Assembly: GCA_003279605.1 (NCBI GenBank)
Contig: QCHF01000001.1
Location: 474,075 to 538,074 of the forward strand
DNA from: SAR86 cluster bacterium AG-390-O18
GTDB taxonomy: Bacteria; Pseudomonadota; Gammaproteobacteria; Magnimaribacterales; AG-339-G14
Direction of reading: 5' to 3'
Length of the DNA: 64,000 nucleotides
Below are positions 21,728 through 32,794 of this stretch, in pieces. Both the position numbers and the translations under genes were made by a program. The notes under the pieces are model-generated. The model had not been told where the DNA came from, searched no databases, and saw only the letters and a list, made by a program, of their open reading frames with translations. Numbering within the stretch: position 1 is the stretch's first letter; each line of letters starts with the position of its first letter.

Positions 21728-23130
21728 TAAAATTCCCTCACGTCTATAAATCTTCCTTCGATAGCTGCAGCAGCTGCCATTGCTGGACTTACAAGATGAG
21801 TTCTGCCCTTGTATCCTTGTCTGCCCTCAAAATTTCTATTTGAAGTCGAAGCACATCTTTCTTCTTGATCAAGTTGATCTGGATTCATTCCTAGGCACAT
21901 TGAACATCCTGCATCTCTCCAAGAAAATCCTGCATCAATAAAAATTTCGTGAAGACCTTCTTCTTCAGCTTGTTTTTTTACAAGACCTGATCCAGGAACA
22001 ACCAAGGCTCTCTTTATGTTTTTGGCAAGCTTGTTACCTTTAAGGATTTCTGCTGCAATTCTAAGATCTTCAATCCTGGAATTTGTACATGAACCTATGA
22101 AAATCTGATCAAGAGAGATATCAGTCAACTTTGTTCCTGGTTTCAATCCCATATAATTAAGAGCATCCTCATAATTTTCTTTATTCTTAAAATCTCTTGG
22201 TTCAGGAACTTTTTCATCAATAGAAGAGACCATTTCTGGAGAAGTTCCCCAAGTCACTTGAGGCAAGATTTGTTCCGATGAAAAACTGAATTCATTATCA
22301 AAAATAGCATCTGGATCAGATTTTAGAGAAATCCATGTATCCAATGCTTTATCAAATTGCTCTCCTAAGGGAGCGAAAGGCTTTCCTTTGATATAGTCAA
22401 AGGTGGTTTGATCAGGAGCAACCATTCCAGACCTTGCGCCAGCTTCGATAGACATATTACAAAGAGTCATTCTGCCTTCCATAGACAGATTTTCAATTGT
22501 GCTACCAGCATACTCGATATTAAATCCAGTTCCTCCAGCTGTGCCTACTTGTCCAATAATGAACATAGTTACATCTTTTGCAGACACCCTTTCAAGCAGA
22601 TCTCCTTCAATATTAATTCTCATATTTTTTTGCTTGTAAGCAATCAAACATTGCGTAGCTAAAACGTGTTCAACTTCACTTGTTCCAATACCCATAGCTA
22701 AAGCACCAAAAGCTCCATGAGTAGAAGTATGAGAATCTCCACATACTACTGTCATCCCAGGTAGTGTAAGTCCTTGCTCAGGACCAATTACATGCACAAT
22801 TCCCTGTCTTTCATCTCCTAAGCTAAAAAAATTAAGATCATATTTTTTTACATTTTCCTCAAGGGTTAAGACCTGTAGCTTGCTGGTAGAATCGCTAATG
22901 CCTTTTAAGCCTTTAGCTCTATTCTCAGTTGGAACATTATGATCCGGTGTAGCTATAATTGAATCAACTCTCCATGGTTCTATTTTTCTTTCTCTCAAGC
23001 CATCGAATGCTTGTGGAGAAGTAACTTCGTGAATCAAATGCCTATCTATGTAAATTAGAGAGCTTCCATCGTCTCTTTTGGCTACATGATGGGCATCCCA
23101 TAACTTATCGTATAAGGTTCTTGAGGACAT
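21727..23130 (-). CDS. leuC: 3-isopropylmalate dehydratase large subunit
   Basis: 467 aa. Fe-S ligand regions GSCTNSR and CSMCLGMN. Confidence 0.95.
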   Translation of the reverse strand: MSSRTLYDKLWDAHHVAKRDDGSSLIYIDRHLIHEVTSPQAFDGLRERKIEPWRVDSIIATPDHNVPTENRAKGLKGISDSTSKLQVLTLEENVKKYDLNFFSLGDERQGIVHVIGPEQGLTLPGMTVVCGDSHTSTHGAFGALAMGIGTSEVEHVLATQCLIAYKQKNMRINIEGDLLERVSAKDVTMFIIGQVGTAGGTGFNIEYAGSTIENLSMEGRMTLCNMSIEAGARSGMVAPDQTTFDYIKGKPFAPLGEQFDKALDTWISLKSDPDAIFDNEFSFSSEQILPQVTWGTSPEMVSSIDEKVPEPRDFKNKENYEDALNYMGLKPGTKLTDISLDQIFIGSCTNSRIEDLRIAAEILKGNKLAKNIKRALVVPGSGLVKKQAEEEGLHEIFIDAGFSWRDAGCSMCLGMNPDQLDQEERCASTSNRNFEGRQGYKGRTHLVSPAMAAAAAIEGRFIDVREF

Positions 23131-24227
23131 TACTTTTTAGGTTTAATTGGCTTTAACTTAGATTTTACATCAGCATTTTGTGCTCTATTTCTCAAGAAAT
23201 GGTCCATGAGAGTTATTGCCACCATAGCTTCAGCAATCGGTGTAGCTCTCAAACCAACACAAGGATCATGTCTGCCTTTAGTTTGAACTTTAACCGACTT
23301 ACCAGATTTATTTATTGTATTTCCAGAGGACATGATGCTGGAAGTAGGCTTCAAAGCAATGCTTGCGAAGATATCCTGCCCTGTGGAAATTCCACCAGTT
23401 GTACCTCCAGAATTATTTGACATAAATCCAGAAGGAGAGATTTCATCTCTGTTTTCTGTTCCACGCATAGATACAACTTCAAATCCCCTTCCAATCTCAA
23501 CTCCTTTTACAGCATTAATACCCATCAGCCCATGGGCTAAATCAGCATCTAACTTATCAAAGACTGGTTCGCCTAAGCCAGGAGGAACATTCGTTGCCAT
23601 AACTGAAATTTTTGCACCAATTGAATCTCCAGACTTTCTCAAAGAGTCAATCATATCCTCAATCTCGCGAACAATTTTCTTATCAGGACAAAAAAAAGGG
23701 TTTTTATTAATTTGATTTTTCGAAAAAGAAGAAATCTTAATATCTCCAATTTGAGATAAAAACCCAAAAATTTCAATTTTTTGATTTTTCTTGAGATATT
23801 TTTTTGCAATTGCACCAGCAGCAACTCTCATTACTGTCTCTCGAGCAGAAGATCTTCCTCCGCCTCTATAATCTCTTATTCCATATTTTTGAAAATAACT
23901 ATAATCAGCATGCGAGGGTCTAAAGACATCTTTAATATTTTTATAGTCTTTGCTTTTTTGATCTTTATTTCTTACAAGAAGCCCTATTGGAGTACCTGTG
24001 GTCTTTCCCTCAAAAATTCCTGAAAGGATTTCTATTTCATCAGGTTCTTTACGCTGGGTAGTATATTTATTTGAGCCTGGTTTTCTTAAATCTAATTCTG
24101 CTTGGATTTCTTCTCTGGAGATTGACAAGCCAGGAGGACAGCCATCTATTATGCAGCCTAAAGCTTCGCCATGACTTTCACCAAAAGTCGTAACAGAAAA
24201 AATTTTACCAATAGTATTTCCCGACAT
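23130..24227 (-). CDS. aroC: Chorismate synthase
   Basis: 365 aa. GESHG N-terminal motif and RHDPCV region. Confidence 0.93.
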   Translation of the reverse strand: MSGNTIGKIFSVTTFGESHGEALGCIIDGCPPGLSISREEIQAELDLRKPGSNKYTTQRKEPDEIEILSGIFEGKTTGTPIGLLVRNKDQKSKDYKNIKDVFRPSHADYSYFQKYGIRDYRGGGRSSARETVMRVAAGAIAKKYLKKNQKIEIFGFLSQIGDIKISSFSKNQINKNPFFCPDKKIVREIEDMIDSLRKSGDSIGAKISVMATNVPPGLGEPVFDKLDADLAHGLMGINAVKGVEIGRGFEVVSMRGTENRDEISPSGFMSNNSGGTTGGISTGQDIFASIALKPTSSIMSSGNTINKSGKSVKVQTKGRHDPCVGLRATPIAEAMVAITLMDHFLRNRAQNADVKSKLKPIKPKK

Positions 24228-24282
24228 ATCGTTTAAAATTGAAAGTAAGATTATAAGCTATTAATCGTCCTTACTCGAATAG

Positions 24283-24936
24283 ATGCAAAAATTAAGATTT
24301 AGTTCAGTTTTTTGGGATTTTGGAGGAGTCATAACTTCAAGCCCATTCGAAGCTTTTTCAAAATTTGAGATAGATAACGATCTCCCAAAAGATTTTATTC
24401 GTAAGGTTAACTCAACTAATCATAAAGCGAATGCATGGGCTAAGCTTGAACAATCAAAAATAAGCTTAGATGAATTCGATGAGCTTTTCAGAGAAGAAAG
24501 CAAATCCCTTGGACACGAAGTTAACGGAGGAGAGGTATTAAACCTCTTGCAAGGCGAAGTTAGACCAGAAATGGTAAGAGCTTTAGAAAAATTAAAGTCA
24601 AAAAATTTTAAACTTGCTTGTTTGACCAATAATTTTAATTCCGGTGATAAAAACCAATCTGCTTTAGATGATGCTAATAAAGAAAGAATGGAAATAATGA
24701 ATAACTTTGATCATATAATTGAATCAAAAGAATTAGGCATTAGAAAACCTGACCTTGATTTTTACATGAAATCTTTAGAAATTACTGGAGCTGATCCTAA
24801 AGAGACAATTTTTTTAGATGATCTAGGCATAAATCTTAAACCCGCAAGGGAGCTGGGAATGGCTACTATAAAGGTCTTAGATAGCAATCAAGCTCTAAAA
24901 GAATTAACAGATTTAACAGGGATTAATCTTGAATAA
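24283..24936 (+). CDS. HAD-superfamily phosphatase, subfamily IA (epoxide-hydrolase N-terminal-domain-like)
   Basis: 217 aa. Motif I WDFGGVI, cap region, and C-terminal FLDDLGINL. Confidence 0.65.
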   Translation: MQKLRFSSVFWDFGGVITSSPFEAFSKFEIDNDLPKDFIRKVNSTNHKANAWAKLEQSKISLDEFDELFREESKSLGHEVNGGEVLNLLQGEVRPEMVRALEKLKSKNFKLACLTNNFNSGDKNQSALDDANKERMEIMNNFDHIIESKELGIRKPDLDFYMKSLEITGADPKETIFLDDLGINLKPARELGMATIKVLDSNQALKELTDLTGINLE

Positions 24937-27037
24937 AATTCTTATTCTTCTGAGCATTACTTTTTTAGCTGGATGTCAGATGAATATTCTTGAATACGAA
25001 AATCAGATTATTTCGGATGCTCAGCAATATCAGGCAAAAATTTCAAGGGATATTTGGGGTGTTCCTCATATTTCAGGAAAAAGAGATGCCGATGTAGCAT
25101 TTGGCTTAGCATTTGCTCATGCCGAAGATGATATTAAAAACATTGCTGAGAATATGTATTTGTATAGAGCACAAATGGGACTAAAAGATGGCTCAAGTGG
25201 AGCTGTGATTGACTATTTAATCAAGGCTCTAAAAATCAGAGAAAGAGTTGAGGAGCAATATCAAGAAGTCCTTTCAGATGATGTTAGGTCGGTATTAGAA
25301 GCATACGCAACTGGTTTGAATTATTGGATGGTTAAAAATCCCAATAATAGTTTCAAAAAACATTTTCCTTTTACTGCAAAAGATATAGCGGCTGGTTTTG
25401 CAATTCAAAACCTTTTATTTTCTGGTGTAGTGAGTTCAATTCAAAGTTTAGAAAAATTAGAAGATTCATCAGAGCAAAGTTTTTCTTATTTGTATGAAAA
25501 AGATGATTTGGTGACAGGCTCCAATGCATATGCAATTAGCCCCAATAAAAGTTCAGATGGATCCACTAGATTAATGATCAATTCGCATCAACCTTTAGAA
25601 GGCCCATTAGCTTGGTATGAGGCTCACATCAAAAGTGAGGAAGGTCTTAATATGATGGGAGGTCTATTTCCAGGTTCGCCTTTTATTTTTGTTGGTTTCA
25701 ATGAAAATTTAGGCTGGGGTTTTACTGTAAATAAACCAGATCTAACGGATATCTATAAATTAGTTATTAATCCAAATAATAAAGATCAATATCTTTTAGA
25801 TGATGTTTGGTTAAATCTGGAAAAAGAAACCATCGAACTTCCTGTGAAAATATTTGGCCCAATTAATTGGACAGTGAAAAGAGAAGTTAAATATTCCAAG
25901 CACGGACCAGTCCTTGAAATAGGAGAAAAATCTTACGCTTTAAGGTTCGCAGGTATGGAAGATATCAAGCAAGTTGAACAATGGTACAAACTAAATAAAG
26001 CTAATAACCTTAAAGAGTGGATAAATGCAATGAGAATGAGATCTATCATTTCTTTTAATGGCGTTTATGCCGATAAAAAAGGGAATATCTATTTTCTTCA
26101 TAATTCTTCTTCGCCAAAAAGATTGGAGGGCCTAGATTGGTCAGGAATTGTCGACGGAACTAGATCTAAATATATATGGGAAACATTTGTAGAATTCGAT
26201 GAGATACCTCAAATCTTGAATCCCTCATCAGGATGGCTTGCAAGTACCAATCAGGATCCATTTAAGGTTACAGATCCAAAAGATAACCTAAAAAAAGAAA
26301 ACTACTCTCAAACTTTAGGCCTGCAAACCAGAATGACAAATAGAGCTTATAGAATTAAAGAGCTATTTATGGGAAAAGATCAAATAACTGAAAAAGATTT
26401 TGATGATTTCAAATTTGATAATTCTTATTCAATAGATTCAAGGTCATATAAGTACGTTTCAGAAATTTTTGGATTAAATTTTGAAAATGAGAATTTAAAA
26501 AAAGGTCAAACGATTCTAAAAAATTGGGATTTAAAGACAAATTTTGATAATGAGTCTGCAACTCTTGGGGTTTGTGTCTTGAGTCCCGAATGGCTTGCAG
26601 AACAAGCAGCAGAAGTTCCTCCAGAATCAGAAGAAAGTTTTAAAACTTGTGTAAAAGATACTTTAAAAAATTATGGAAAATTAAATCCAAAGTGGTCAGA
26701 AAGAAATTTCATGTACAGAGGAAAGAAAAAAATCCCTGTTCAAGGAGGTCCTGACGTTTTAAGAGCTATATATGGCCTTGAGCAAGAAGATGGTGATCTA
26801 AAAGCAGTCGGTGGCGATGGTCTTTATATTCACGTTAGTTGGGATAAAGAAGGGAATCAAGAATCAAAAAGTATTCATCAATATGGAAGCGCCACTCAAG
26901 ATGAAAACTCTTCGCATTTTTCTGATCAACTAGAGTTGTACATCGACGATAAGTACAAACCTACCTTCTATAAAGAAGTAGCCTTAAAAAGAAATATAAA
27001 GAAAGAATATACAGTTCCTTTTAAGTCGTCTCTATAG
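24929..27037 (+). CDS. Penicillin/AHL-acylase family Ntn-hydrolase (S45), predicted lipoprotein
   Basis: 702 aa. TTG start overlaps the HAD gene stop by 8 bp. Lipobox LSITFLAGC. Autoprocessing site VTG|SNAYAI, where Ser is the nucleophile. Confidence 0.75.
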   Translation: MNKILILLSITFLAGCQMNILEYENQIISDAQQYQAKISRDIWGVPHISGKRDADVAFGLAFAHAEDDIKNIAENMYLYRAQMGLKDGSSGAVIDYLIKALKIRERVEEQYQEVLSDDVRSVLEAYATGLNYWMVKNPNNSFKKHFPFTAKDIAAGFAIQNLLFSGVVSSIQSLEKLEDSSEQSFSYLYEKDDLVTGSNAYAISPNKSSDGSTRLMINSHQPLEGPLAWYEAHIKSEEGLNMMGGLFPGSPFIFVGFNENLGWGFTVNKPDLTDIYKLVINPNNKDQYLLDDVWLNLEKETIELPVKIFGPINWTVKREVKYSKHGPVLEIGEKSYALRFAGMEDIKQVEQWYKLNKANNLKEWINAMRMRSIISFNGVYADKKGNIYFLHNSSSPKRLEGLDWSGIVDGTRSKYIWETFVEFDEIPQILNPSSGWLASTNQDPFKVTDPKDNLKKENYSQTLGLQTRMTNRAYRIKELFMGKDQITEKDFDDFKFDNSYSIDSRSYKYVSEIFGLNFENENLKKGQTILKNWDLKTNFDNESATLGVCVLSPEWLAEQAAEVPPESEESFKTCVKDTLKNYGKLNPKWSERNFMYRGKKKIPVQGGPDVLRAIYGLEQEDGDLKAVGGDGLYIHVSWDKEGNQESKSIHQYGSATQDENSSHFSDQLELYIDDKYKPTFYKEVALKRNIKKEYTVPFKSSL

Positions 27038-27632
27038 CTTTTTTAAAAGCAGGTCTTGCTTCAATTCTTTCGACATAACCCTTTAAGTTAGGCATATCAT
27101 CTGTGACGCATCCTAAATTGGATAATTTAGTACAACAGTGGCCTGTCATGAATTCGACCCCTGAGAAGTCCCCTATTAAATATTCTTTTCCTTCAAGAGC
27201 CAATTCAATGGCTTGAAGTGATTTAGAAGCAAGTCTTTGGGCTTGACCTAAAACTGTTTCGTCTCTTCTTTCAGGCGGTAACAAAATAGTATGAACCACA
27301 ATTGTATTCATTGGTTGAGCAATCATGCCCTCACAAAAATGAAACCATTGAAGATAATAAGGATATTCAGGAGAATCTACGCTTGGTTTCAGTCCACCAT
27401 TTTTATGTTTCTCGAGGACATAATCAATAATAGCGCCTGATTCATATATGCTCACATCTCCATCCTCAAGAACCGGAATTCTTCCAAGGGGATGTCTTTT
27501 TCTATGCTCATCTGATTTTAGTGCTTCTGGATGAAATGGCATTGAATTTAGTTCGTAAGGTAATTCCAGTTCTTCAAGCAGCCAAAGAACTCTTTCTGCT
27601 CTTGAGGCAGGTGCAAAATGTAGTTTCAGCAT
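27021..27632 (-). CDS. Glutathione S-transferase family protein
   Basis: 203 aa. N-terminal thioredoxin-like domain (GRIPVLEDGD, YESGAI). Last gene of the prp-containing co-directional block. Confidence 0.75.
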   Translation of the reverse strand: MLKLHFAPASRAERVLWLLEELELPYELNSMPFHPEALKSDEHRKRHPLGRIPVLEDGDVSIYESGAIIDYVLEKHKNGGLKPSVDSPEYPYYLQWFHFCEGMIAQPMNTIVVHTILLPPERRDETVLGQAQRLASKSLQAIELALEGKEYLIGDFSGVEFMTGHCCTKLSNLGCVTDDMPNLKGYVERIEARPAFKKAIETT

Positions 27633-27650
27633 AATTATTCTCCCAAAGAT

Positions 27651-29099
27651 TTATTCTTTAATTAAAATTTCCATAAAGTCTGTCACATTAAGGTTCTCTA
27701 AACCGTCTTGATCTTCACAAATTTTCATTATTTTTTCAACGCGTTCTGTAGAAAATTGTGTTTTGAGGTTCTCTTCAAATTTTTTGATTAGCACAGGAAT
27801 TCCCTCTTCCCTTCTTCTTCGATGACCAATTGGATATTCTACTTCTACTTTTTCTGTGGAAGAACCATCTTTGAAAATTATTTGCAATTCATTCGCAATT
27901 GACCTTTTTTCGGGATCCAAATAGTCTTTGGAATAATTTTTGTTTTCCTCAATAAACATTTTATTTCTTAAAGAATCAACTCTTGGATCATTGGCGACAT
28001 CGTCTTCATAATCTTCGGCGACCAAATCACCTTTTAACAAACCAATTGCTGTCATATATTGAATACAATGATCTCTGTCTGCAGGATTATTTAATTCGCC
28101 TTCTTTACTAATGATTCTGATTGCAGACTCATGCGTTGTAATATTTATTTTTTCTATTTCTTCTAATCTATCAATTATTTCAGGATGAAGTTTTACTGCA
28201 GCCTCAACAGCTGTTTGAGCATGAAATTCTGCAGGAAAAGATATTTTAAATAATACATTTTCCATTACGTAGCTATTAAATTCCTGTGGTACAGAAAGAG
28301 GTTTTCCTTTGAACAAAACATCTTGAAAACCCCAAGTTGGAGCCGTTATTGCACTTGGATAACCAATTTGCCCTTTTTGAGTAATCAGAACTAGATTCAT
28401 AGCCCTACTAGTTGCATCACCAGCTGCCCAGGATTTTCTTGGGCCAGCATTTGGTGCGTGCCTATATGTCCTGAGACTTTGTCCATCTACGAATGCTTGT
28501 GATAGGGAATCTAAAGCTTGTTCTTTAGTTAGACCCATCAAAGAAGAAATTACTGCGGTTGAAGCAACCTTAACTAATAAAACATGATCTAACCCAACTC
28601 TATTGAAACTATTTTCTAAAGCTAAAACTCCTTGAATTTCATGAGCTTTTATCATAGCTGTTAGAACATCTTTAATTTTCAAAGAATCTTTCCCTGAAGC
28701 TAAATTTCTTTGCGACACATAATCAGCAGCAGATAAGATACCTCCCAAATTATCAGATGGATGTCCCCATTCAGCTGCTAACCAGGTATCGTTAAAATCT
28801 AACCAGCGGATAATAGCTCCTATATCCCATGCGCCTTTGACTGGATCTAGAACAAATCTAGTACCAGGGACTCTTACTCCATTAGGTACTGATGTTCCTT
28901 CAACGTGAGGACCTAAGAGTTTTTTACAATCTTTAAAGTTTAATGCCAAAAGGCCGCACCCTATGGTATCCATTAAGCAATATCTCGCTGTTGTGTATGC
29001 TTCTGAGCTATCTATATCTTTCTCGTAAACAAACTCAATAATATTTTGAATTATTTTGTCAAAATCTTGACGGACGTTGGATTCAACATTTGATGACAT
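27651..29099 (-). CDS. prpD: 2-methylcitrate dehydratase
   Basis: 482 aa, MmgE/PrpD family. Lies immediately after prpC. Confidence 0.88.
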   Translation of the reverse strand: MSSNVESNVRQDFDKIIQNIIEFVYEKDIDSSEAYTTARYCLMDTIGCGLLALNFKDCKKLLGPHVEGTSVPNGVRVPGTRFVLDPVKGAWDIGAIIRWLDFNDTWLAAEWGHPSDNLGGILSAADYVSQRNLASGKDSLKIKDVLTAMIKAHEIQGVLALENSFNRVGLDHVLLVKVASTAVISSLMGLTKEQALDSLSQAFVDGQSLRTYRHAPNAGPRKSWAAGDATSRAMNLVLITQKGQIGYPSAITAPTWGFQDVLFKGKPLSVPQEFNSYVMENVLFKISFPAEFHAQTAVEAAVKLHPEIIDRLEEIEKINITTHESAIRIISKEGELNNPADRDHCIQYMTAIGLLKGDLVAEDYEDDVANDPRVDSLRNKMFIEENKNYSKDYLDPEKRSIANELQIIFKDGSSTEKVEVEYPIGHRRRREEGIPVLIKKFEENLKTQFSTERVEKIMKICEDQDGLENLNVTDFMEILIKE

Positions 29100-29117
29100 T
29101 TTTATACCTGATTAGAT

Positions 29118-30239
29118 TTATCTATTTTCAATATCAACCCATTCAGCGCTTTCAGGGCCAATGTACTCTTCGCTAGGTCGAATGATTCTATTGTCTGCTC
29201 TTTGTTCAAATACATTTGCAGACCAGCCAGTAGTCCTTCCAATGACAAAGAGTGGTGTGAAGATGTTGGTTGGAATTCCTAAGTAATGATATGCAGATGC
29301 CATAAAAAAATCGGTATTTGCAAACATGTTTTTCTCTTCGTCCATGGTTTTTTCTATTTCTTCAGATACTTGGTACAGCATTTCGTTACCATCTTGAACA
29401 CTTAATTTTTTTGCCCATTCTTTAATAACTTTGTTTCTTGGGTCTTCAGTGGAATAAACTGCATGTCCAAAACCCATGATTTTTTCTTTTTTTTCTAAGA
29501 GATCTAAAACTCCTTTTTTTGCTTCTTCTCTTGAGGAGAATTTCTCAATCATTTCCATTGCAGCCTCATTTGCACCGCCATGCAGGGGACCTCTTAATGT
29601 GCCTATGCCAGCAGTAATACAAGAATGTAAGTCAGATAAAGTTGAGGCGCACGTTCTTGAAGCAAAAGTAGAGGCATTGAAACCATGCTCGGCATAAAGA
29701 ATTAAAGAAGTATCTAAACACCTAATATGGTCTTCAGAAGGCTCTATGCCAGTAAGCAAAGATAAAAATTGTCCGCCAATTGTTTCGTGGGATGTTTCTG
29801 TATCAACGCTCATCCCATCATGTGAAAATCTATACCAATAGCAAATAACTGAAGGCAATATGGCTAGAATTCTGTCTGCTGCATCATTTTGATTTGAAAA
29901 ATCACCCTCTGGTTCAAGATTACCCAATATAGAACAACCTGTTCTCATAACGTCCATCGGATGAGCAGAGGCAGGAATAAGTTCTAGTGTTTTTTTTAGC
30001 TCTTCAGGTAGTTTTCTATTTGAAATGAGCTTTTGTTGGTAGGCTTCTAATTCTGTCTTGTTAGGTAGATGGCCATATAAGAGTAAGTAAGCGACTTCTT
30101 CAAATTTAGCTTTATCAGCTAAATCTTCTATTGCGTAACCTCTATAAGTTAATCCATGACCTTCTTTCCCAACTGTTGAAAGGGAAGTCTGTCCTGCTAC
30201 TTGGCCACGTAAACCCGCGCCTTCTAGTTTCTTTGCCAT
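29118..30239 (-). CDS. prpC: 2-methylcitrate synthase
   Basis: 373 aa, citrate-synthase family (GFGHAVY; N-terminal GLRGQVAGQT). Lies between prpB and prpD. Confidence 0.9.
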   Translation of the reverse strand: MAKKLEGAGLRGQVAGQTSLSTVGKEGHGLTYRGYAIEDLADKAKFEEVAYLLLYGHLPNKTELEAYQQKLISNRKLPEELKKTLELIPASAHPMDVMRTGCSILGNLEPEGDFSNQNDAADRILAILPSVICYWYRFSHDGMSVDTETSHETIGGQFLSLLTGIEPSEDHIRCLDTSLILYAEHGFNASTFASRTCASTLSDLHSCITAGIGTLRGPLHGGANEAAMEMIEKFSSREEAKKGVLDLLEKKEKIMGFGHAVYSTEDPRNKVIKEWAKKLSVQDGNEMLYQVSEEIEKTMDEEKNMFANTDFFMASAYHYLGIPTNIFTPLFVIGRTTGWSANVFEQRADNRIIRPSEEYIGPESAEWVDIENR

Positions 30240-30242
30240 GAA

Positions 30243-31106
30243 TTATTCCTTAGAAAATAAATCGTCTATTTTTTTTTCGTACGTATGATAGTCGAGAATC
30301 TCATATAATTCATCTCGAGATTGCATTTTTTCGAGTATTTTTTCTACGCTGCCATCATCGGAAATAGTTGAATAGACTTCTAGGGCAGCTTTAGACATTG
30401 CTCTAAAAGCACTTAAAGGATGCAAAATAATACTTATCCCTGCTTTTTTTAGCTCATCTTTTTTGAATAAAGGAGTCATTCCAAATTCTGTAATGTTAGC
30501 TAGAATCGGAACAGAAACTGTATCTGATAAAGTTTTGTAATCCTCAAGTGAAGTTATTGCTTCGGGAAAAAGTGCATTAGCGCCTGCCTCAACATATCTT
30601 TGGGCTCTTTCAATAGTGCCATTTATGCCTTCGTTTGCAAAAGCATCCGTTCTTGCCATGAGCATAAATTCATCGTCAGAAATTGCATCTCTAGCAGCTT
30701 TCATTCTGTCGCACATTTCCTCGGTTGAAACAATTTCTTTATTTGGTCTATGCCCACATCTTTTTTCTGATACTTGATCTTCAATATGAATTCCAGATGC
30801 GCCGGCAGTAATCATCTCTTTTGTGGTTTTTGAAATATTTAACGCTGAACCCCACCCTGTGTCGCAATCCACTAAAATTGGAAGATTGCTTATTCCTCTG
30901 ATTCTTCTTAAGTCTTCTAAAACATTATCTAAAGATGTAAGGGCTAAATCTGGAAGGCCAAACGAGGCGTTTGCCACTCCAGCACCAGATATATATAAAG
31001 CTTTTATGCCGGTTTTTTTAGCAAGTAAAGCTGAATATGGATTAATAGCACCCGCAACCGAAAGTGGTTTCTCATTTTTTAAAACTTCAAAAAAAGAGTT
31101 GCTCAC
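30243..31106 (-). CDS. prpB: Methylisocitrate lyase
   Basis: 287 aa, PEP mutase/isocitrate lyase family. EKRCGH motif. Confidence 0.9.
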   Translation of the reverse strand: MSNSFFEVLKNEKPLSVAGAINPYSALLAKKTGIKALYISGAGVANASFGLPDLALTSLDNVLEDLRRIRGISNLPILVDCDTGWGSALNISKTTKEMITAGASGIHIEDQVSEKRCGHRPNKEIVSTEEMCDRMKAARDAISDDEFMLMARTDAFANEGINGTIERAQRYVEAGANALFPEAITSLEDYKTLSDTVSVPILANITEFGMTPLFKKDELKKAGISIILHPLSAFRAMSKAALEVYSTISDDGSVEKILEKMQSRDELYEILDYHTYEKKIDDLFSKE

Positions 31107-31702
31107 TAAATATGCTCCTCTAGAATTTTCTTCAATTCATTGTGGGATGAAGCTGTAAGGAGGTGAGGATATTCTTCTTTTATGTGCTTTGGAGCCTGAA
31201 AAAATATTCCCAAGTCAGCGGTATTTAGCATATTGATATCGTTATAAGAATCTCCTGAAGCAAAAACTTTAAACTTTAGTGATTGCAAAGCCTCAATTAC
31301 CTTTTGTTTGTTGTTAGGCTGTCTAAGTTTGTAACCTGTAATTTTATCGTTTTCAACTGTCATGTTATGGCAAATAATTGAGGGATATCCTAGCTTTTCT
31401 ACTAGAGGCCAAGCTAATTCATAAAAAGTATCAGAAACTATAGTGACCTGAAATTTTGATCTTGCCCAATTTAAGAATTCTTGAGCTCCATCAAATGGAT
31501 CTATATTTCTAACTATTTTTTGGATATCACTTAATTTAATATTTTTTTCATTCACCACTTTCATTCTTAAAGACATGAGCTCATCATAATCTTTAAGGTC
31601 TTGTGTGGTTAACATTAATTCTTCTGAATTAACTTCTTTTGCAAGACATTGCCAAATTTCGGGGATAAGAACTCCTTCAAAATCTAAACAAAGATGCACC
31701 AT
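31106..31702 (-). CDS. thrH: ThrH-like HAD phosphatase (phosphoserine phosphatase / homoserine phosphotransferase family)
   Basis: 198 aa. CLDFEGVLIPEIW, IVSDTFYE and SGDSYNDINML closely follow the Pseudomonas ThrH pattern as I remember it. Confidence 0.65.
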   Translation of the reverse strand: MVHLCLDFEGVLIPEIWQCLAKEVNSEELMLTTQDLKDYDELMSLRMKVVNEKNIKLSDIQKIVRNIDPFDGAQEFLNWARSKFQVTIVSDTFYELAWPLVEKLGYPSIICHNMTVENDKITGYKLRQPNNKQKVIEALQSLKFKVFASGDSYNDINMLNTADLGIFFQAPKHIKEEYPHLLTASSHNELKKILEEHI

Positions 31703-31704
31703 CC

Positions 31705-32679
31705 TTACCTTCGGATGAGTTTAATGTTTTCGAATACTTTATCTAAATCTTTTTTAGATTTTGTGGCACAAGCCTTGGCAACAATTTTTTTTGTTAGATG
31801 TGGGGCAAACATATTGATGAATTCGAATAAGTGACTTCTAAGATAAGTTCCTCGCCTGAAACCCATATATGTGGTTCCAGAGTCAAACAGGTGATTAGCA
31901 GGTATAGAAATTAAATCTTTATCTTCTTCTTCATTAAAAGCCATGCTAGCAATGATTCCTACTCCGGTTCCCATTTTTACATAAGTTTTTATTACATCTG
32001 CATCAGTTGCAGTGAAAACTACATTTGCTTTCAAACCTCTTTCAAAAAAAGCTCTATCCAAATCATTGCTTCCAGTAAAACCAAAAACGTATGTGACTAT
32101 AGGATACTGAGAAAGATCCTTAAGTTTTATTTTAGGTATTGAGGCTAAAGGATGTCCTTTAGGAACAATGATACTTCTTGACCATTTGTAACAGGGCATT
32201 TTCACTAAATTTTCACCCTTTTCTGTTGTTTCTGTCCAAAGTGCTATGTCAACTTCTCCTTTTGCTGCCATCTCAACGGACTCGTCTGGAGTGCATTGGT
32301 GCATTTGAAAGTGAACGTTGGGATACCTTTTGACAAATTTATCTACTACTTTAGGTAAGGTAAATTTAGCTTGAGTATGAGTGGTGGCAATGCTCAAGGT
32401 TCCGTACTCTTCATCTGAAAATTCTGTTGCTGCATGTTTAATGCCATCAACTAAAGCAAGGATTTCTTCAATTTGCTCAAGAATTCTTTCTCCTACAGGG
32501 GTTATCGCCACCAGGTGTTTTCCTGATCTTTCAAAAAGCTCTACGTCGAGCTCTTCTTCTAAAAGCTTAATTTGTTTACTTATGCCAGGTTGAGAAGTAA
32601 AAAGGGTTTTAGAAGCTTTAGAAACATTTAAGTTACTTCTTGCTACTTCTCTGACATATACAAGTTGCTGAAATTTCAT
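31705..32679 (-). CDS. cysB: LysR-family transcriptional regulator, CysB-like
   Basis: 324 aa, the same length as E. coli CysB. The N-terminal MKFQQLVYVREVARSNLNVSKASKTLFTSQPGISKQIKLLEEEL parallels the CysB HTH. It lies near topA, as in E. coli. Confidence 0.6.
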   Translation of the reverse strand: MKFQQLVYVREVARSNLNVSKASKTLFTSQPGISKQIKLLEEELDVELFERSGKHLVAITPVGERILEQIEEILALVDGIKHAATEFSDEEYGTLSIATTHTQAKFTLPKVVDKFVKRYPNVHFQMHQCTPDESVEMAAKGEVDIALWTETTEKGENLVKMPCYKWSRSIIVPKGHPLASIPKIKLKDLSQYPIVTYVFGFTGSNDLDRAFFERGLKANVVFTATDADVIKTYVKMGTGVGIIASMAFNEEEDKDLISIPANHLFDSGTTYMGFRRGTYLRSHLFEFINMFAPHLTKKIVAKACATKSKKDLDKVFENIKLIRR

Positions 32680-32757
32680 CTCTAATTATTAATTTACTAT
32701 ATTTCTGTTGATTATAAAAAACTTTATTTTAAACACTTTTTAATAATATACAAAAGT

Positions 32758-32787
32758 ATTACAAAAATTATAAATACTGTATATAAT
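32758..32787 (+). promoter_or_regulatory. Putative lexA promoter (-35 ATTACA, 18-bp spacer, -10 TATAAT)
   Basis: TATAAT sits at 32782..32787, only 7 nt before the A of ATG 32795. ATTACA sits at 32758..32763. Confidence 0.35.
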
Positions 32788-32793
32788 TACAGT
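32775..32793. promoter_or_regulatory. LexA operator (SOS box) TACTGTATATAATTACAGT
   Basis: Palindromic CTGT-N8-ACAG that matches the gammaproteobacterial consensus TACTG(TA)5CAGTA. It ends one base before the lexA ATG. Confidence 0.85.
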
Positions 32794-32794
32794 T

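Noticed and set aside
31705-32679. LysR regulator as a dedicated prp-operon regulator
   Set aside because: The N-terminal HTH and the total length closely track CysB, and it lies near topA as cysB does in E. coli. Treating it as CysB is the more economical reading, although co-transcription with the prp genes is noted in the findings.
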